Below, piece by piece: positions 13,076 through 27,400 of a DNA stretch of 64,000 nt. The stretch is from assembly GCF_022045235.1 (NCBI RefSeq), contig NW_027266275.1, forward strand, positions 16,864,001 to 16,928,000, written 5' to 3'. Position 1 is the stretch's first letter. The number at the start of each line of letters is the position of its first letter. Below the pieces are notes generated by a model, which was given only the letters and a program-made list of their open reading frames with translations, did not search any database and was not told where the DNA came from. The stretch comes from Haliotis cracherodii. Its lineage: Eukaryota. The position numbers and the translations under genes were made by a program.

Positions 13076-13602
13076 CTGATAGATTTACTGGGATGATATT
13101 CTATAAACTAATGTTGTTTCATCATTACAAAATCACCTGATAAAGAGGTAAAACCTGTCCCTAAGTCTTCTTAATGGAGATTTACATCCTAATACTGTTA
13201 CATCTTCGCAGTTCCTCAATGTTCAAAGTGTTATCCTTGGTATCTCTAGGCACATAAAATCATATTTTCACATTTTAGTATATGTTTAATAATAGACGCT
13301 GTCATTAAAGAAGAAACAATATTGGCATGTACCATGCAGAGAGAAAAAAACAGGACCACAGCTGCAAAGAACAATCTAAATAATACCTTTGACAAATATC
13401 TTTATGTTCCAGTTCTACATATCACAATGTGAATGCAAACATATATAAAATGTGCAATGAGGAGTACATATATATACTTCCAGTCTTTCCATGTCACTTT
13501 CGTCACCTTCATAACAATACAACTTTTATAAACTTTCAATTTGGATTTTTCAGACAGCCATTACAGACAGCATCAGAGTTATTCTGAGCTAGGTCCAGTG
13601 AT

Positions 13603-16600
13603 CTAGTTGGTTTTCTTTGATGCCTCGTCATATGAGGGGGGAGGGTCCGAGGGCATGTAGACATTGTGAGGATTGGCTGGGCTGTAGTAGGCACTGCCGG
13701 CCGCCTCCCGGGCCTTCGCATCTGCAACAAACACACAAGATGTTAGTCACTGGGATACTTCACATCATTAGTTAAATTTGTAACTGGTTCATCTTGCCAT
13801 AATTTGTTAATGTGACGTTGACATGATCTATACAGCCTTAAAATGGATAAGAGGCTGGTCACATGAACATGAAACAAACTTTAAACAAGCAAACCAAACC
13901 ACAACACAATTAATAACCTGCAGTCTATTGTACTGTTAAATGTTTCGGACCTTCCTGTTATTATAGAATGCAAATGAATATATTTTCCTGAAGTGCTCCC
14001 AACTGACCACCCAGAACAACTGACACTCTTGTTACTTAAACTGAAGGAAACCTCTATTACAGTTTATAGTGTACACAGTCACTACACACAACAGCATGTT
14101 ATACATACCATGGCCGTTAGCCTGAGGTGGGGGGTAGGGCGGAGCGTTGGGATCCACTCCAGGGTACGGTGGGGGAGCTTCCGACATGTACACACCATCC
14201 TCTGTAGTCGAAAACCAAGGATGGAATAATCAGTCAAGTAATATCTCCTTTACATCAATCATAATCAGCATGGTCAGAGCTAACAACAGTAACAGGTATT
14301 TGTAAAAGAATTTGAATCATCATCATCATCATCATCATCATTTTTTTTTTGTTTAACACCACACTGAGCAATATTCCAGCTGTCTGTAAATAATTGAGCC
14401 TGACCAGACAATCCAGTGATTGACATCATGACCATTGATTTACACAATTGGGATATGATGACATGCACCAACCAAGTCATCAAGCCTGACCACCTGATCC
14501 CGTAAGCCGTCTCTTACAACAAACATGGGTTGCTTAGAGAACAACTATACCCTGGATCTTCACGTGCTACATGAAATGTCAAGTACCACCATAGTATTAT
14601 CAACAGATTTTCAATGTCATAGAATAACATAAGTAGCATTTACATATTGTCTAGTCAAACGCGCATGTCAAATACAGAAAGTCAGCGACTATTGTGACTC
14701 TTGTTATTTAGAGAGTAAGTTTGGGGTTACGCCTCTTAGAACAAAATTCCGGGAAAACAAAAACCTCACATGTCCCCATGTGGAGAAAAGAATCAAGGTC
14801 TTTGGTATGACGAGGCAGTACTTTAACGGCTTGGCTACCCCAATGCTTCTTGACAATGAGACTATAATCTCGCACAAAAGCATAACAGTTTACTGGTAAA
14901 TTTACAAATATTGCTAATTAAATACTGACAGGAAGAATTATGTCCCTTGTAATATTAGAGCTTGGGTCTCTATAGTTCTGCATTAAAATGTGAATAATCA
15001 CTGGGTAATTGGATTTTTCATTTCTGTACGTATAAATCTTATTTGAGGAATGTGAATCTCAAAAATACCAAATATCCCCCTCATAGTATTATGTACAAGA
15101 AATGATATCAATATTTCACTTCAGTAACAGTGCCTGTAGAGCAGTGAGCAGTACTTACGTGGTGGAGCTGTTGGGAATGTTTGATATGGGACCCAGTCAT
15201 AGTGTGGTGTGTGGGGCGGGGCATAGGCTGGGGGCGGGGCCTGGTACACATTGCCCATGGGTGGAGTGTAGGGTGGTGGCTGAGGTGGCCTATTGCGTGA
15301 GGCTGAAACAAATTTAATCCCAGTACTATAAAATCTAAAAATGCATTGCAACAAAAAAGAAGAAGTTTTTAATACAATTCATATTTCTAGGGACACATTT
15401 TAATACAGTGTTGATGAACATAATTGCTAGGATGCTTGGGTGTTTTCTTGATAAACAAAATTCCTCACAGTATAATATAGGTACATGAATTACAAAATGA
15501 GTCTTCATGATATCAAAAACATAGTGTCATTTAAATTTCAGTATAGGTGTCCCAACATGCCCACTGCATGGTAACACAGAAGACTTGTCAATAGTTAATA
15601 ATCTTATAATGTTTTTAAATCAGCAAACCATTTGCGGCAAAACCTAAAACAGAAGACATGTAATGAAGAAAAGAACACCAACCCAGCTGCCCAGCTTTCA
15701 TCATGGCTTGACCAAACTCTATTGCTCCACCATGAGTGAAGTACATCTTGTACCTGGCTTCACCTGTCCAGTTGCCTGCAAGTACAACACCATGTGAATA
15801 AATCTAGTGAACATGTGGAAACACTGAACGATTTATAACTCATGACAAGTATGCAACCCTCTCTTAACTATTTTCTTCCATATCTCTTGGCAATTGTTTT
15901 TCCTTTTAAGCGGTAACTGTCCTTTTCAACAAGTTACATTTAGAGTTATCTCCCTTCCTCTGGTACTAAAGACCATGTATAACCAATCTCATTAAAATCA
16001 GACCTTAGTTCTTGATACCGTAAACAAAGATCCCATTATGGGTCACAAGAAGTCGACATTAGCCAGTCAGAAGGCAGCTTTTTCGTGCTTTACGGCACTA
16101 GTTTCAAAACATATTTTGACAAATTCTGATTAAAAATTTTGAAAACTGAACAAAAGAACATTCTGGAATGGCTAATAGATGGCCAAGTTTGTATGGATTC
16201 AGTCATAAAGCCTGTAAATACCCTGTGTACCCTTTTTCCCAGTTGCATGATTCGAAAACACATTTCATGATCTGGTAAGTGACGCTCTGATTAGTTGGAT
16301 GAAAGGTCTTCTGACGTGACCCGTAATGGGATGTCCTCAAATCAGTGTTTAGCGGTAGCAGGAACTAAGATCTGATCTTAATGAGATTAATGACATGCAA
16401 TCAGCCCAGTCAGTGAGTGACCACCTGATCCTTAAGTTGCCTGACAAGCATTGGTTGCTAGGACCAGTTCTAACCCGGAATCCTCACGGGTGTGGAAAGT
16501 CAAAGGAACTCTTATGATTGTGCTAGGGAGCATTCTTCCTTTGCCAATATCCTTCAATAGTGGCATAACTATTGCAACAGTATGATGAGATTACTCTCCT

Positions 16601-19600
16601 TCCCATGATGTAGACTCACTTGTATTATTAACATTATTCAGCAGCAGGAGTTATAAGGGTATTTAAGGGTGGTATCTATGATTATTGTCTGAGATAAACA
16701 TGTGAACATATTCTCAATGGCTACTCACACACCTCTTCAATCTTCAAACAAGGGATTTTAGTTACAAGCATATCGCAAACGTCAACGATAAACAGTACTG
16801 TATTTCCTTTATCATGTCTATCATCACCATTGATACTATGATCTATTGATATTTGAAGCTGTCATCCATATATTAGCATCAGTCATGGTCGGATGCAATG
16901 CATTGACTTTTCAATCATTTGTACCCCCTAGAATCGGCCTACCTCCCTGCTCGGCCAGGATCCGCCCCTTGATGTAGTTGGCGCCAAAGATGGGTTGTTC
17001 CAGCTCCAGGTCTCGCATGTTCATGAAGGGCATGCTGAAGGACTGCATCTGGTCTTTTGGGTCAGTGCAGTTGAAAATCACCTGTCACAAGACAGACATT
17101 ATTATTACATCTCCCACTATATCCTAAATTAAAGGGTCCTGATGAATTTCTAATATTTACAGCAACTGAATCATATTTGATTGATGTTTCATACATGTTA
17201 AGACCTGACAAGTTTATATAAATTACAAAGAGATTTTAAACCGATTATAACGATATTACGATGAAACCTGTAAAAAAATCTCTTTCCTTACCAAAATGCC
17301 ACATCCTACAAAGCTGCAAACATTGCTCTTAAAACAAACAATGCTTTGTTTGATACAAACTTGATAATCAACAGGCTACCATCATATAACAGGAATACTG
17401 CAGAGTGTGGTATAACAACAAACAAAACAAACATTGTGCAGAGACTGTGATACAATAATTCAAATGTCTGATGTGTACACAGCAGACTCAGCACAGCCTT
17501 CATCCTTGCCCAAGGGCGGTCGGGTAGCCTAGTGGTAAAAGCGTTTGCTCGTCATGCCGAAGACCCAGGTTTGATTTCCGACATGGGTACAATGTGTGAA
17601 GCCCATTTCTGGTGTCCCCCACCGTGATATTGCTGGAATATTGCTAAAAGCAGCGTAAAACCATACTCACTCACTCACTCACTCACTCACTCATCCTTGC
17701 CCAACACTATTTACTCCACAACTGTCTGTCATAATAAATATGTACACAAAAACTACAAAGGATAAATTAATAGTGCAAAGATCCTTTTCAAAGGTCAACA
17801 TTACGACTTTAGAAACTTTGAAAAAGAAAAGATTTAGAACCTTACCCTGTGAGTAGTCAGGTAGACACTCCCTTTCTTCTTCCCCTTAAAGTGAGGCATC
17901 CCATTGGGACCATCATAGGACATTTCAATCCCATCATAATAGATGAGGATTCTGAAAACAGGCAGAAAGCAATGTTAATGAATTTAAACTTTTAAGTAAT
18001 CCTGCTCTTCCTTTCAAACCAATGGTAATACTGATGATAGTGTCTACCAAATTTTCAATTGTTACAATATGATACGAGTCAATACTTCTTGTGATTTATA
18101 TCCACAGAGATTAGAAAGCCCCTTAGGTGTTGACGATGAATGAACCCTTGCTGAAATGATTGTTACACTTATTATTGTAAACATGGTCAAAGAAATAATT
18201 TGAAGATATATTTAATATCTTGATGATGTTGACAGGGTAAGTCTCAACTAAATCCAACTTGGCAACAATTGTTTGTGACATAACATTACTCATGTTACAA
18301 CTATTACCAGCTACAGTTTGGGAGAATCCTAGAGATTTTCACCAACCTCAGACAATATAAGTTGCAGCAGTATCACAAGGGTATTTTTGTGGTTCAATGT
18401 ATTCTTTCTTAGGGTTTATACAAGGTGCAGGATGAAGAGAACTATGGCCACACAAAATGTCAAAAAGGGACACAAACAAAGGATGGCGACATTATAAGTA
18501 TATAAGTAAATATTTTGTATGTATTATATCTTTATTCAGTTCATAACAACTATCATTAACAGTAGGCATGCATCAGCATCACAAAGCACATCTTCTCTTG
18601 AGCAGCACTATCAGAGTTTGTTTCAGTTGTTCATGTTAGGTGAACTGATGAACAGAAAGTCAGCTGGACTGGGGTTTTCACCCTTGAGCTTGCTGAGAAC
18701 TGGTAGCTGTCTTCAATTAAGGGTTGACTGGGTATTTTTTTCCGTTCACTGAGGTATGAATCGAAAAACCGATGTGCAAACTGTATGGATCCATGTAGCG
18801 GATTCTTACAAAAGTTTGTAATCAACGGAGAGTAGGATCAAAACAATGTTCATTGGACCTGTCAGTTAAGGCAAGAGGCCAAAAGAACTGCAACAGTCAG
18901 ACTGTAATGAACCAGAAGAAATGTGTCCGGGAGAAGGCGGCTGTTTCAAATAACATGGTCAGTTACCGCCAGATTCAAACATTACTTCCCTGGTTACAGT
19001 AACACAGTAGGAAAAATGCTAGTCAGAAATGAAACCCGAAGACATGAAAGTTGAAACAGGCGAAAAAACAGGCTAGCGAGCCTGCACGTTTACTGTTTCA
19101 TTCATTCTCGGCCTTCGGTTTCAAAGGGTAGTTTGGACAATGAATATGCATGAAAGTCGCTAAATGTCCTGTGCATGATGCTACATGTGAGCAGAAAGGG
19201 AATTCCCTTGACTGTTATATTGGGATTCCCCGACATTCCCCGGTAGTGCGCCTCTGTGGGCGTGGCATATTTTTTTACAGTCATTGGGAAATGAATGCAA
19301 TAACACGTGACCAATTCAGCTAATCAGAAGGAAGGAATTTCAATGAAGATAACGAAAATTTAATTACGTATTGTAGCACCTTGCCCTTGTGCAGAAGTCT
19401 CACTGGCAAAGTAACTTGGGAGGCTTCCTTGAACAGGGCTGGCTAAAACTTTAAAAATCTAAGTCATCGTTCCTTGTTGTGACTGTTGATGCCTTTTCGA
19501 ACCTCCACTTTCCGCGCCAATCTTAACGAGCCTACTTTCCTGGAAAAATCTGGTGTCCTCCCATCTGTCTGTCATCCCACTTGTCAGACAGTTTTAGTAA

Positions 19601-22600
19601 TGGTTCACTGATTACTAATCGTATGCCTGTTACCAATGGTTGAGAGGACTCAGCCCTTTTAGCACTCATTTGTCAGACAGTGAGGAGTAAAAACAGAATA
19701 ACACAAACTGTTACTCATATGTTTATTTATAGTACTAACAATCCAAATGATATGAGTCATAAAAATCAATATCAACACTAAAATTATAAATTTTCAAAAG
19801 TAATTACTGTATTCGACATATGCGCCCTGCTCTAATAAGCGCCCACTGCGATATTTTCTTATATATTGGCTAGTGAACAATCCCAATTAGCACCCCTTCC
19901 GATTGATCAATGTACATTACACGTATTTATTCATGTATAATACGCACTCGTGTGTTACATGCACCCTTAATTATGGGCAATTAAATTCTGGAAAAATATA
20001 TCTGTCATATATAAACATTTTATGCTGTCAGCATAAACCACGAAATTTATCTTTCAAAATGTTCAACTCTGTTTTTTTCACCCAAATAATATTTTAATAA
20101 GAGCCCCTTATTTCTAATGTTGAGAGCGCCCTGGGCGCATATTACGTCAAATACGGTAACATTAAATGTGACACTAGCATGACTAGCAAATACATACTCC
20201 ACATTTGTCCATCACAAAACTTATCATAAAACCTGGTACCAACTGGTATGAATAAATTCTGTGCCCTGTTTGTTCTCAATATTGGCATTTGTAGTCAGCA
20301 GCCAGAAGGAAGATGTTGATACTCTGAATGTAAAACATTTGAGATATCACTTAATATTTTGTCTCTTCCCTGCTTGCAAGTTGTTTTTTCTTGTCTTGTG
20401 TTTACGTGACATAACATATGTGACTTGTTGCAAACCTGCCATCTTTAAGCAATGCACGAGTTCATATCTTGAATGGTAAGAACTCAATATCAATTGGTAA
20501 ATTATTCTTTTGTTAAATTCTTAATTAGGAAGTCTCAAATGTATGGAAGCAAGTTAGTGCCAAAGTCTAAAAAAGAGAGTATCATCTACATAGAGGATAC
20601 TTACATCTATGTACATGATGTAGATGATACTATAATCTACGTAGATGATACTATAATCTATGTAGATGATAATGCTCACATCTATGTAGAAGATTCTTTC
20701 ATCTACGTACATAATATGATTATCTATGTAGAAGAAAGTATCATCTATTATCAACTTAGGTAAGAATATTTTATATTATGGACACTTGTTCCGGGTCAGT
20801 TATATATAACCTCTGGATTAATTAATATGACTGATTTATTTGACTTTCTGCCTTGACATGTCTTTATTAAGGTACTATCTAAGCAGTACATGGAGTAAAT
20901 CTTCATTTCAATGTGTCGAAGTCGCTGGAGAATGACACATATCACAGTCTTACAAGTTACAACCAAAATATAAAGAGGAGAGCACAAAATGTTCTCCAAA
21001 CTACAAACAAACAAACAATTATAGGTCATTATACAATATTTTATCAAAATTACATAACATCATAAGATCGTTAAACATAATAAAGCTGGAGCAATCACGC
21101 AAATATGTTGATTCTCATGATTTCTCCATAAATGGAAATTAGGTTTAAGAGGTAAAACATGAAAATGAAGGGTGAGAATCACTCAAACTATAAAAACTAT
21201 ATCAAACCCTCGTCATCATCCTATGAAGCAGTGAAGGAACAATTCTGCAGTTTGTGTTTTTATTTAAGCTCTGAAGTTTGACAATTTGAAATGATCTCAT
21301 ATGTTGTAAAAATACGAAAAAGGCCAAATGAAAATTAACAACCAACATTTAATTAAATTAACAGTAATTAAGTACACAACTTTATTTAAAATATAAATGC
21401 TTGCATAAACTAGTATCCAGTTAGGGACTTCACAGGACAGTATAATATCACTGTCTGAGTTTCGATCTGTATGATCATAATCATGTAAGTATCATCTATG
21501 TAAATGTAAGTATTATCTACGTAGATGTAAGTATCATCTATGTAAATGTAAGTATTATCTACGTAGATGTAAGTATCATCTATGTAAATGTAAGTATTAT
21601 CTACGTAGATGTAAGTATCATCTATGTAAATGTAAGTATTGTCTACGTAGATGTAAGTATCATCTATGTAAATGTAAGTATGATCTACGTAGATGTAAGT
21701 ATCATCTACATGGATGTAAGTATCATCTATGTAAATGTAAGTATGATCTACGTAGATGTAAGTATCATCTATGTAAATGTAAGTATTGTCTACATGGATG
21801 TAAGTATCATCTGTGTAAATGTATTATCTACATAATGTAAGTATTATCTACATAGATGTAAGTATCATCTATGTAAATGTAAGTATTATCTACGTAGATG
21901 TAAGTATCATCTATGTAAATGTAAGTATTATCTACGTAGATGTAAGTATCATCTATGTAACTGTAAGTATTGTCTACGTAGATGTAAGTATCATCTATGT
22001 AAATGTAAGTATTGTCTACATGGATGTAAGTATCATCTATGTAAATGTAAGTATTGTCTACGTAGATGTAAGTATCATCTGTGTAAAAGTATTATCTACA
22101 TAATGTAAGTATTATCTACATAGATGTAAGTATCATCTATGTAAATGTAAGTATTATCTACATAGATGATAAAAATATTTTAGACTGGCACAAACATACA
22201 AATGTGGGTGTGAAATTGCTAAAAAATGAATAGGTAAGTAGCTTGTTTAAACTCAAATATTTTTGTTACTTTGCGTTTTACGACTCATCAGATACAAGTG
22301 TCCATTATACACCTCAATTCCTTTTCTCAGAGATCTTATAGTTACTCTGTTCCTTTAATCCCTTTTCACTGGTCAGTAATCCTAATTAGTAGTAGTTTTA
22401 ATCAGCCTAGCTAGACTGGACTAGCCCATTACAGCAACACATAAGCCCACTTACCATTTTTAGTTAAGTGTCTAACAACTGGCTGCCTAACACATGGGAT
22501 GTCTGACAGTTAGGGTGGAACTAAAAACTAGCACTATTTAGGCTTAATATTTACGCTTTTTTTTAGGTGGCCATTGTGACTCTTTGGTGTGGCCGTTTTG

Positions 22601-23068
22601 ACTTGGGTTTGTGGACCTTTGACTATGGTGTCTACGGTCTATGGCTCAGACTCGGACACTCTTTTTACCTGTTCCCGAGCCAAGTTCACTTGTGAGAAGT
22701 CATTTGGACTGTAATAACACAAAATAATACGTGTTTATAACTGGCATTCTCATGATTCTGTATCATTCACTTTGGAGTCGCAATGTGAAGGCGATACAGA
22801 CACTAGATTCAACTCGCGTGATGATGACTTGTCAACAACATCTGTCACTGAATACGAACAGGAACTGCGATTTTTCTAGATAGAAATCTGATCAAGTATG
22901 GTGTTAGCCTAATTACAAGCAGTTTACTAATCCTCTGATAATCTGGTTATGGCAATGTATATTCAGAGACACATTCTAAAAACTAGAAACGTGTTGACGT
23001 TTGAAATGTTACCTTTCCCCAGCAAATATAAGCACTCCGCCGTGAGCATGAGCAGTGTTGAGCGACAT
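13603..23068 (-). CDS. WBP2: WW domain-binding protein 2 (PH-GRAM domain plus PPxY-rich tail), 249 aa, 7 exons
   Basis: Exons: 23068-23013 ([19 protein letters not shown]); 17951-17846 (ILIYYDG...[15 protein letters not shown]); 17081-16943 (VIF...MQSFSMPF...[13 protein letters not shown]); 15775-15683 ([24 protein letters not shown]); 15302-15159 (PPPY, PPAY); 14201-14109 (APPPYPG); 13721-13603 ([13 protein letters not shown]...PPPSYDE, stop). Total 750 nt, all GT-AG, phases consistent. Confidence 0.96.
14341..14566 (-). mobile_element. SINE-like family B copy next to an (ATC)n microsatellite (14317-14340)
   Basis: tgtttaacaccacactgagcaatattccagct...ccctggatcttcacg is the reverse complement of family B, with heavy CpG decay. 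Confidence 0.8.
14713..14850 (-). mobile_element. Highly degraded SINE family A
   Basis: ccccatgtggagaaaagaatcaaggtctttggtatgacgagg...ctttaacggcttggctacccc resembles the family A antisense head. Confidence 0.5.
15985..16388. mobile_element. MITE with ~35-bp TIRs (AATCTCATTAAAATCAGACCTTAGTTC family)
   Basis: Left end aatctcattaaaatcagaccttagttcttgataccg, right end gcggtagcaggaactaagatctgatcttaatgagatt. The same TIR occurs at 37872-37963, 39025-39061, 42899-42960 and 43968-44006. Confidence 0.85.
17514..17690 (+). mobile_element. tRNA-derived SINE family A, full length
   Basis: A and B boxes, (ACTC)n tail. Perfect 14-bp TSD tcatccttgcccaa at 17500-17513 and 17691-17704. Confidence 0.93.
19807..20156. 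mobile_element. Tc1/mariner-type MITE (CCGTATT termini, TA TSD)
   Basis: ta|ctgtattcgacatatgcgccc ... gggcgcatattacgtcaaatacgg|ta, with internal taataagcgccc sub-repeats. Confidence 0.75.
20577..20750. repeat. Degenerate 21-bp repeat array, inverted relative of 21483-22168
   Basis: Repeated atctacgtagatgatactata / tacttacatctatgta units. Confidence 0.75.
21483..22168. repeat. 21-bp minisatellite (~32 units, alternating 42-bp dimer)
   Basis: atgtaagtatcatctatgtaa alternates with atgtaagtattatctacgtag. Located in WBP2 intron 1. Confidence 0.95.
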
Positions 23069-23422
23069 TTTGTTATCCAAATTGTCTATTATTGCGTAAA
23101 AACAAACGTGACGTCATCAAATCCTGCGTATTATCCTCAAACCACAACGCGCACCTGCAAAACAAAAATTAAATGTGGGTTTAAAATCAACGTAATGTTG
23201 ACATTATTCACTGAATATATTTCATTGTGTTTTATTTCAGTTATATTAAGTTCAGCATATTTGTCATCGTGAGTCGTTTGTCTTGATTTCCCCAAATACA
23301 CCCAACCTATATTATGTTTCGTGCTGCGTTCACTGACAGGTGGCGTTGCGAAAATGTTTACAAGATGGTGGCAAGGAAAATTAGCACACGAGAATCGCTG
23401 AGTGAAACCGGGCATTAGCAGA
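23069..23422. promoter_or_regulatory. Putative bidirectional promoter and non-coding first exon (WBP2 on minus, 2-TM gene on plus)
   Basis: Local CpG-rich patch, full CRE TGACGTCA at 23109-23116, YY1-like caagatggtgg at ~23361. Strong plus-strand donor GA|GTAAGT at 23422/23423 and acceptor tttcag at 24296. Confidence 0.6.
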
Positions 23423-24412
23423 GTAAGTTCTGTTGCTCCATTGATCTTTTTTTCATATCGTTTGTTCCAAGGAGCATGTTGCATGGTAATTTGTCATGGA
23501 TGGTCGACGAGAAATGGGAAAATTAATAGGTTCTAGAACTAGGCCAAATGAAATGTTATAAAACATCCCTCTGCTTTGGCCTCTGTCTATTCGTTGTTGA
23601 CACACATGAATCATCAATGGGATGGAGACATATATGTTTCGAGGTATCTCGATCGAGTTCGGAAATGCTATGCATATATTATGAATCAGTTGAAATATTA
23701 ATTTCTATTAATGTTTTTTTCTTGACCTTGCTTTGCAACTAACAACATGGTTTCCGAAACGTATTCAAAGAAAAGTCCTTTTTATTGAAATTTGTCAGCA
23801 ATGTGACCATTTTGTTCCATGGCATTTTGTTGTCAGGGGATTTTGAACAGACACATTATGATATATCTAACTCTAAAGATTGGTTTAGATCTGCACAAAT
23901 GCCGATATTCGGCCCCAAGTATGCACCAAATGTCAGTACATTTCCCAATTAATGTTAATATAATTTTAACTAGGCCTAATGGTATGGCTTTGCAGAGGTA
24001 ACTTGTATGTTACTGACAACAGGGCCAATAAAATGGAAGAGACAGTAATGCTAAGTTTTACATTGTTGCACTGTTAAGATACAGCCAAAATTAGGAACAT
24101 GAGAACTTTAGAAGAAATTCCAATTTTGAACATTGTATGGCAATGTATGCATTGGTTTACTTGAAGCAGATGTACCTAGGTACATCTTGTTACCCCAAAT
24201 GGCATGATATAGTGATATGAAAGAATCAGGTATTCTTTAACTTCTTTAGAGCAGTATGCTTCAATTGGCATTATGAATTTTAAAATTTATTTTCAGAATT
24301 TACATTCTTGATGATGAGGTCTACCTAGAAAGCTGAGAAGATTTGTTTGGAAATAATTCTGCCTCAAGACTTCATCTACTCCAGTTGTAGATACATACAG
24401 TGATTAATCAAA

Positions 24413-27400
24413 ATGGCAGGCGAGGAAAGCATACAATCTTCACCTGTATCTCCAAGACCTCAAGCCAGGTCCTATCGAGCTTATGTTGAACAACAGAGGG
24501 TGTTAGCCCTGAAACGAGAGGATCCTGATGGACCTAAGTTGTGGCGGCAGATGGTGATAGGATTCATCTGTGCTGCTTGTGTTGGCTTCATTATGTTCAT
24601 TCTTGGAAGTATCTTCATATCAGAAGCCATTTCCTTGAAGTATTCTGCAACAATCATGTTGTGTGTCATGGGCATGGGTATGTATGTTCAGCGTTGATTC
24701 TGTGTGAAAGCCTTTTGCCTTTTTGAACTTCAACAAACTCAACCCACAGGATGTTAACTTCCATTTCCATTTAACAATAGGACTGGACCATTCCACGTTT
24801 TCTTGCCTTAAATATTTAGAAGCCATTTCTTCCACACTCACTAATTCACAACTGTTGGCCTTGTCAAAAACAGGAACATCATTCATTTCATGTTTCCTAC
24901 ATAGTCTACCCCTATTCCCTGACCCCTGATGATATGGGTTAGAATTGGTCTTCATCAACCCATACTTGTTGTAGGAGGCGACTAATGGGAGGGGTGACTC
25001 GATGACTTTGCTGATTCATGTCAACATGTTGCAATTGCATAGATCGGTGCACATAATGTCAATCACTGGATTGTCTTGTCTTGACTTGACGTAATTATTT
25101 ACAGACCGCCATCGTATAACTGGAATAATGCTGAGGGCATCATCATGGTCATTGAACAACAGACAAACATCTAATGTTGTTCTTTTACCCATACATGTCA
25201 TCAGCGCTATATTTAGTAAATGTATTCTCAGCAACCCGAAGACAATGATACAGTCCAGACTAATTTTGCTCTCTGTGTTTGGTTTCAACATTACAAAAGT
25301 ATAAATAGAAACATTGTTCAAAATTAAGTTGATGGTCAAGGGGTCTTTGTTGAAACCTGTGGTCCCTTGAGTCCAATTATATACTGATACAGAAAATTTA
25401 GGACCCCTACAATTTCAAACAATCCATAGATATATCATGAATATGAAGCTGTTGTGTTAGACTGAAAAAAACATATTTTGACATGTTTGGGTCGTGTTCT
25501 TGTTTTGCTTTTATTATGTTTGTTTCAAGAGCTCTCTTTACAAATGTAAACAATTTAGGTAGTCAGAACCACCTTAGTTTGATCATAGCTGTCATTCACA
25601 TTTTCAAGTAAACCATCAGTAAACTGGTTAACACTATTTGTAGTTGTAGTAGGTGCAGAAGATCAAGTTATACGATATTCTTGCATATCATGATTAAGTT
25701 CTCTTAATGTCTAATAGGTGATATATAAAATCCTGAAAATGTCCAAATTACGTATTTCATCTGCAAAATCACTGAAACTGGATAAACCAAATAATGATGG
25801 TTACCATGGTGATAATTTCGAATCTTATCTCACCTCTGTCAGGTGTGTATTTCTAAATTTTCCATTTGATTTCACAATTCCACACTTTATGTAATTGAAA
25901 AAAAACATGACAACAACTTCATAGAAACATGTCTAGGTGTTAAGAATATTTATAACAACAATGTTGAGAAATTGTTTTCCATGTATTCAAAATAATTATA
26001 ATGCTAAAATGAGACATATCAAATGTTTCCTTTATTGTATTTGATGTTTAAATAGGAAGTTTTAAGTCTAGATTTTTATTTCAGTTTGTGGTTTGATAAT
26101 TGTCGTTGGTACAATTATCCTGGGCAAGTTGTTTATATCACGGAAGTGGAGGAAGTCTCAAGGGAGGGAACTCCAGCATCCTCCAGCTGCTTGCTTTCAT
26201 ACATGTTCAGGTAGACAAAACTTTATACATGATTTGCTTTCTTGTCAAATGATGAACATGATGAAACACCTAGTTTTACCTGCATGTTGCATGATATTGA
26301 CATGGCATATACTAGTACTTAACATTTGCTAAGAACCAAAATTATCTTTAATCAGAGGTGTGATCCTCAGCAAATGCTAAGTAGTTTATATGATAATGAA
26401 GATTATGCTTTTGACAATTTTAAAGTTTCAACCATAGTTTAATGTGTTAAATTTTTTTTAGTTTGAGTGCAGAGATATATCGACCATGACAGCATCATGT
26501 GCACTGAAAAACATTTGAGACTGGCCATTGATTATAGGGAGGTGTTTGTATGAAAAATTGACACAGTTCTATTTTCTCAAATAAAAAAGTTCTAAAATTC
26601 TGGTTCACTATTTTGGGTCTAGCTATTTAATATAGGGAGGGGAGGATCATGAAAAAAATGTTTCCAAATATGATACAGTCCGAAGTCCAGTGTACCCCAA
26701 CTCCCCCAAAATAAATAACAGGTCCCTCATTACTAAGCATTTTGTTTCGCCATTTAACAACATATCCCAGTGATACTTACCGATAAGTAGTTGTGATTAC
26801 ATTAACATCTTAGGAGTTTTATCGATCCACAGACTGTAAAATCAAGAAAGTAGAAAAAATACAATTCCAGAGCTATAGATAAGCTTTTAGTCATTTGGGT
26901 ATTTTACCCAGGGGTTTGATTTTGATTGGGTATCCACAAGTTGTAGAGGGTATTCAAATTGTTTTTACCCACCTGTTTCTTGGCATTTGGGTATTTAACT
27001 TAAAACCTGTTTGGTAACAATCCCTGTAAATCATTTAAAACTATGTGAATAGTAGTATACCCGTTTGCGTCTGCTTATGACTCCCTCTGTGGAAAGCCTT
27101 TTTTTTTTACAAAACCTAGCATTGTAAGAAATGCACTATTGTCTTAATTACCAATCAGCGACTAATTAAGATACAACATGTACATTGACTAGGCACGATG
27201 TGCTTTTCAATTGGCATCTATCAGTGTTTGTCGCAGAAGCTTTTCGGAATGTAATTGTCGGTAAGTGAATTTGGCGATCACCTGATACACAATCATTTTA
27301 TCTCACAGCTGTAATACATTTTATCTGATAGTTCTAATATACACATTAACTTTATTTCAATAGCGTATTTATAGATTTTGGTGCGTATTTGATATGCTAG

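Noticed and set aside
18700-19330. CpG-richer patch in WBP2 intron 1 as an alternative promoter or exon
   Set aside because: No in-phase exon or recognisable motif set. More likely an old repeat fragment, but I could not define its ends.
21819-22103. Hydrophobic repeat ORF (VSIIYVD)n, and similar ORFs at 20473-20763
   Set aside because: By-product of a 21-bp (7-codon) tandem repeat inside a WBP2 intron.
22235-22305. Second hammerhead candidate on the minus strand (CTGATGAGTCGTAAAACGCAAAG)
   Set aside because: It has CTGATGA but no intact GAAA, and stems II and III pair poorly. Not supportable from this copy alone.
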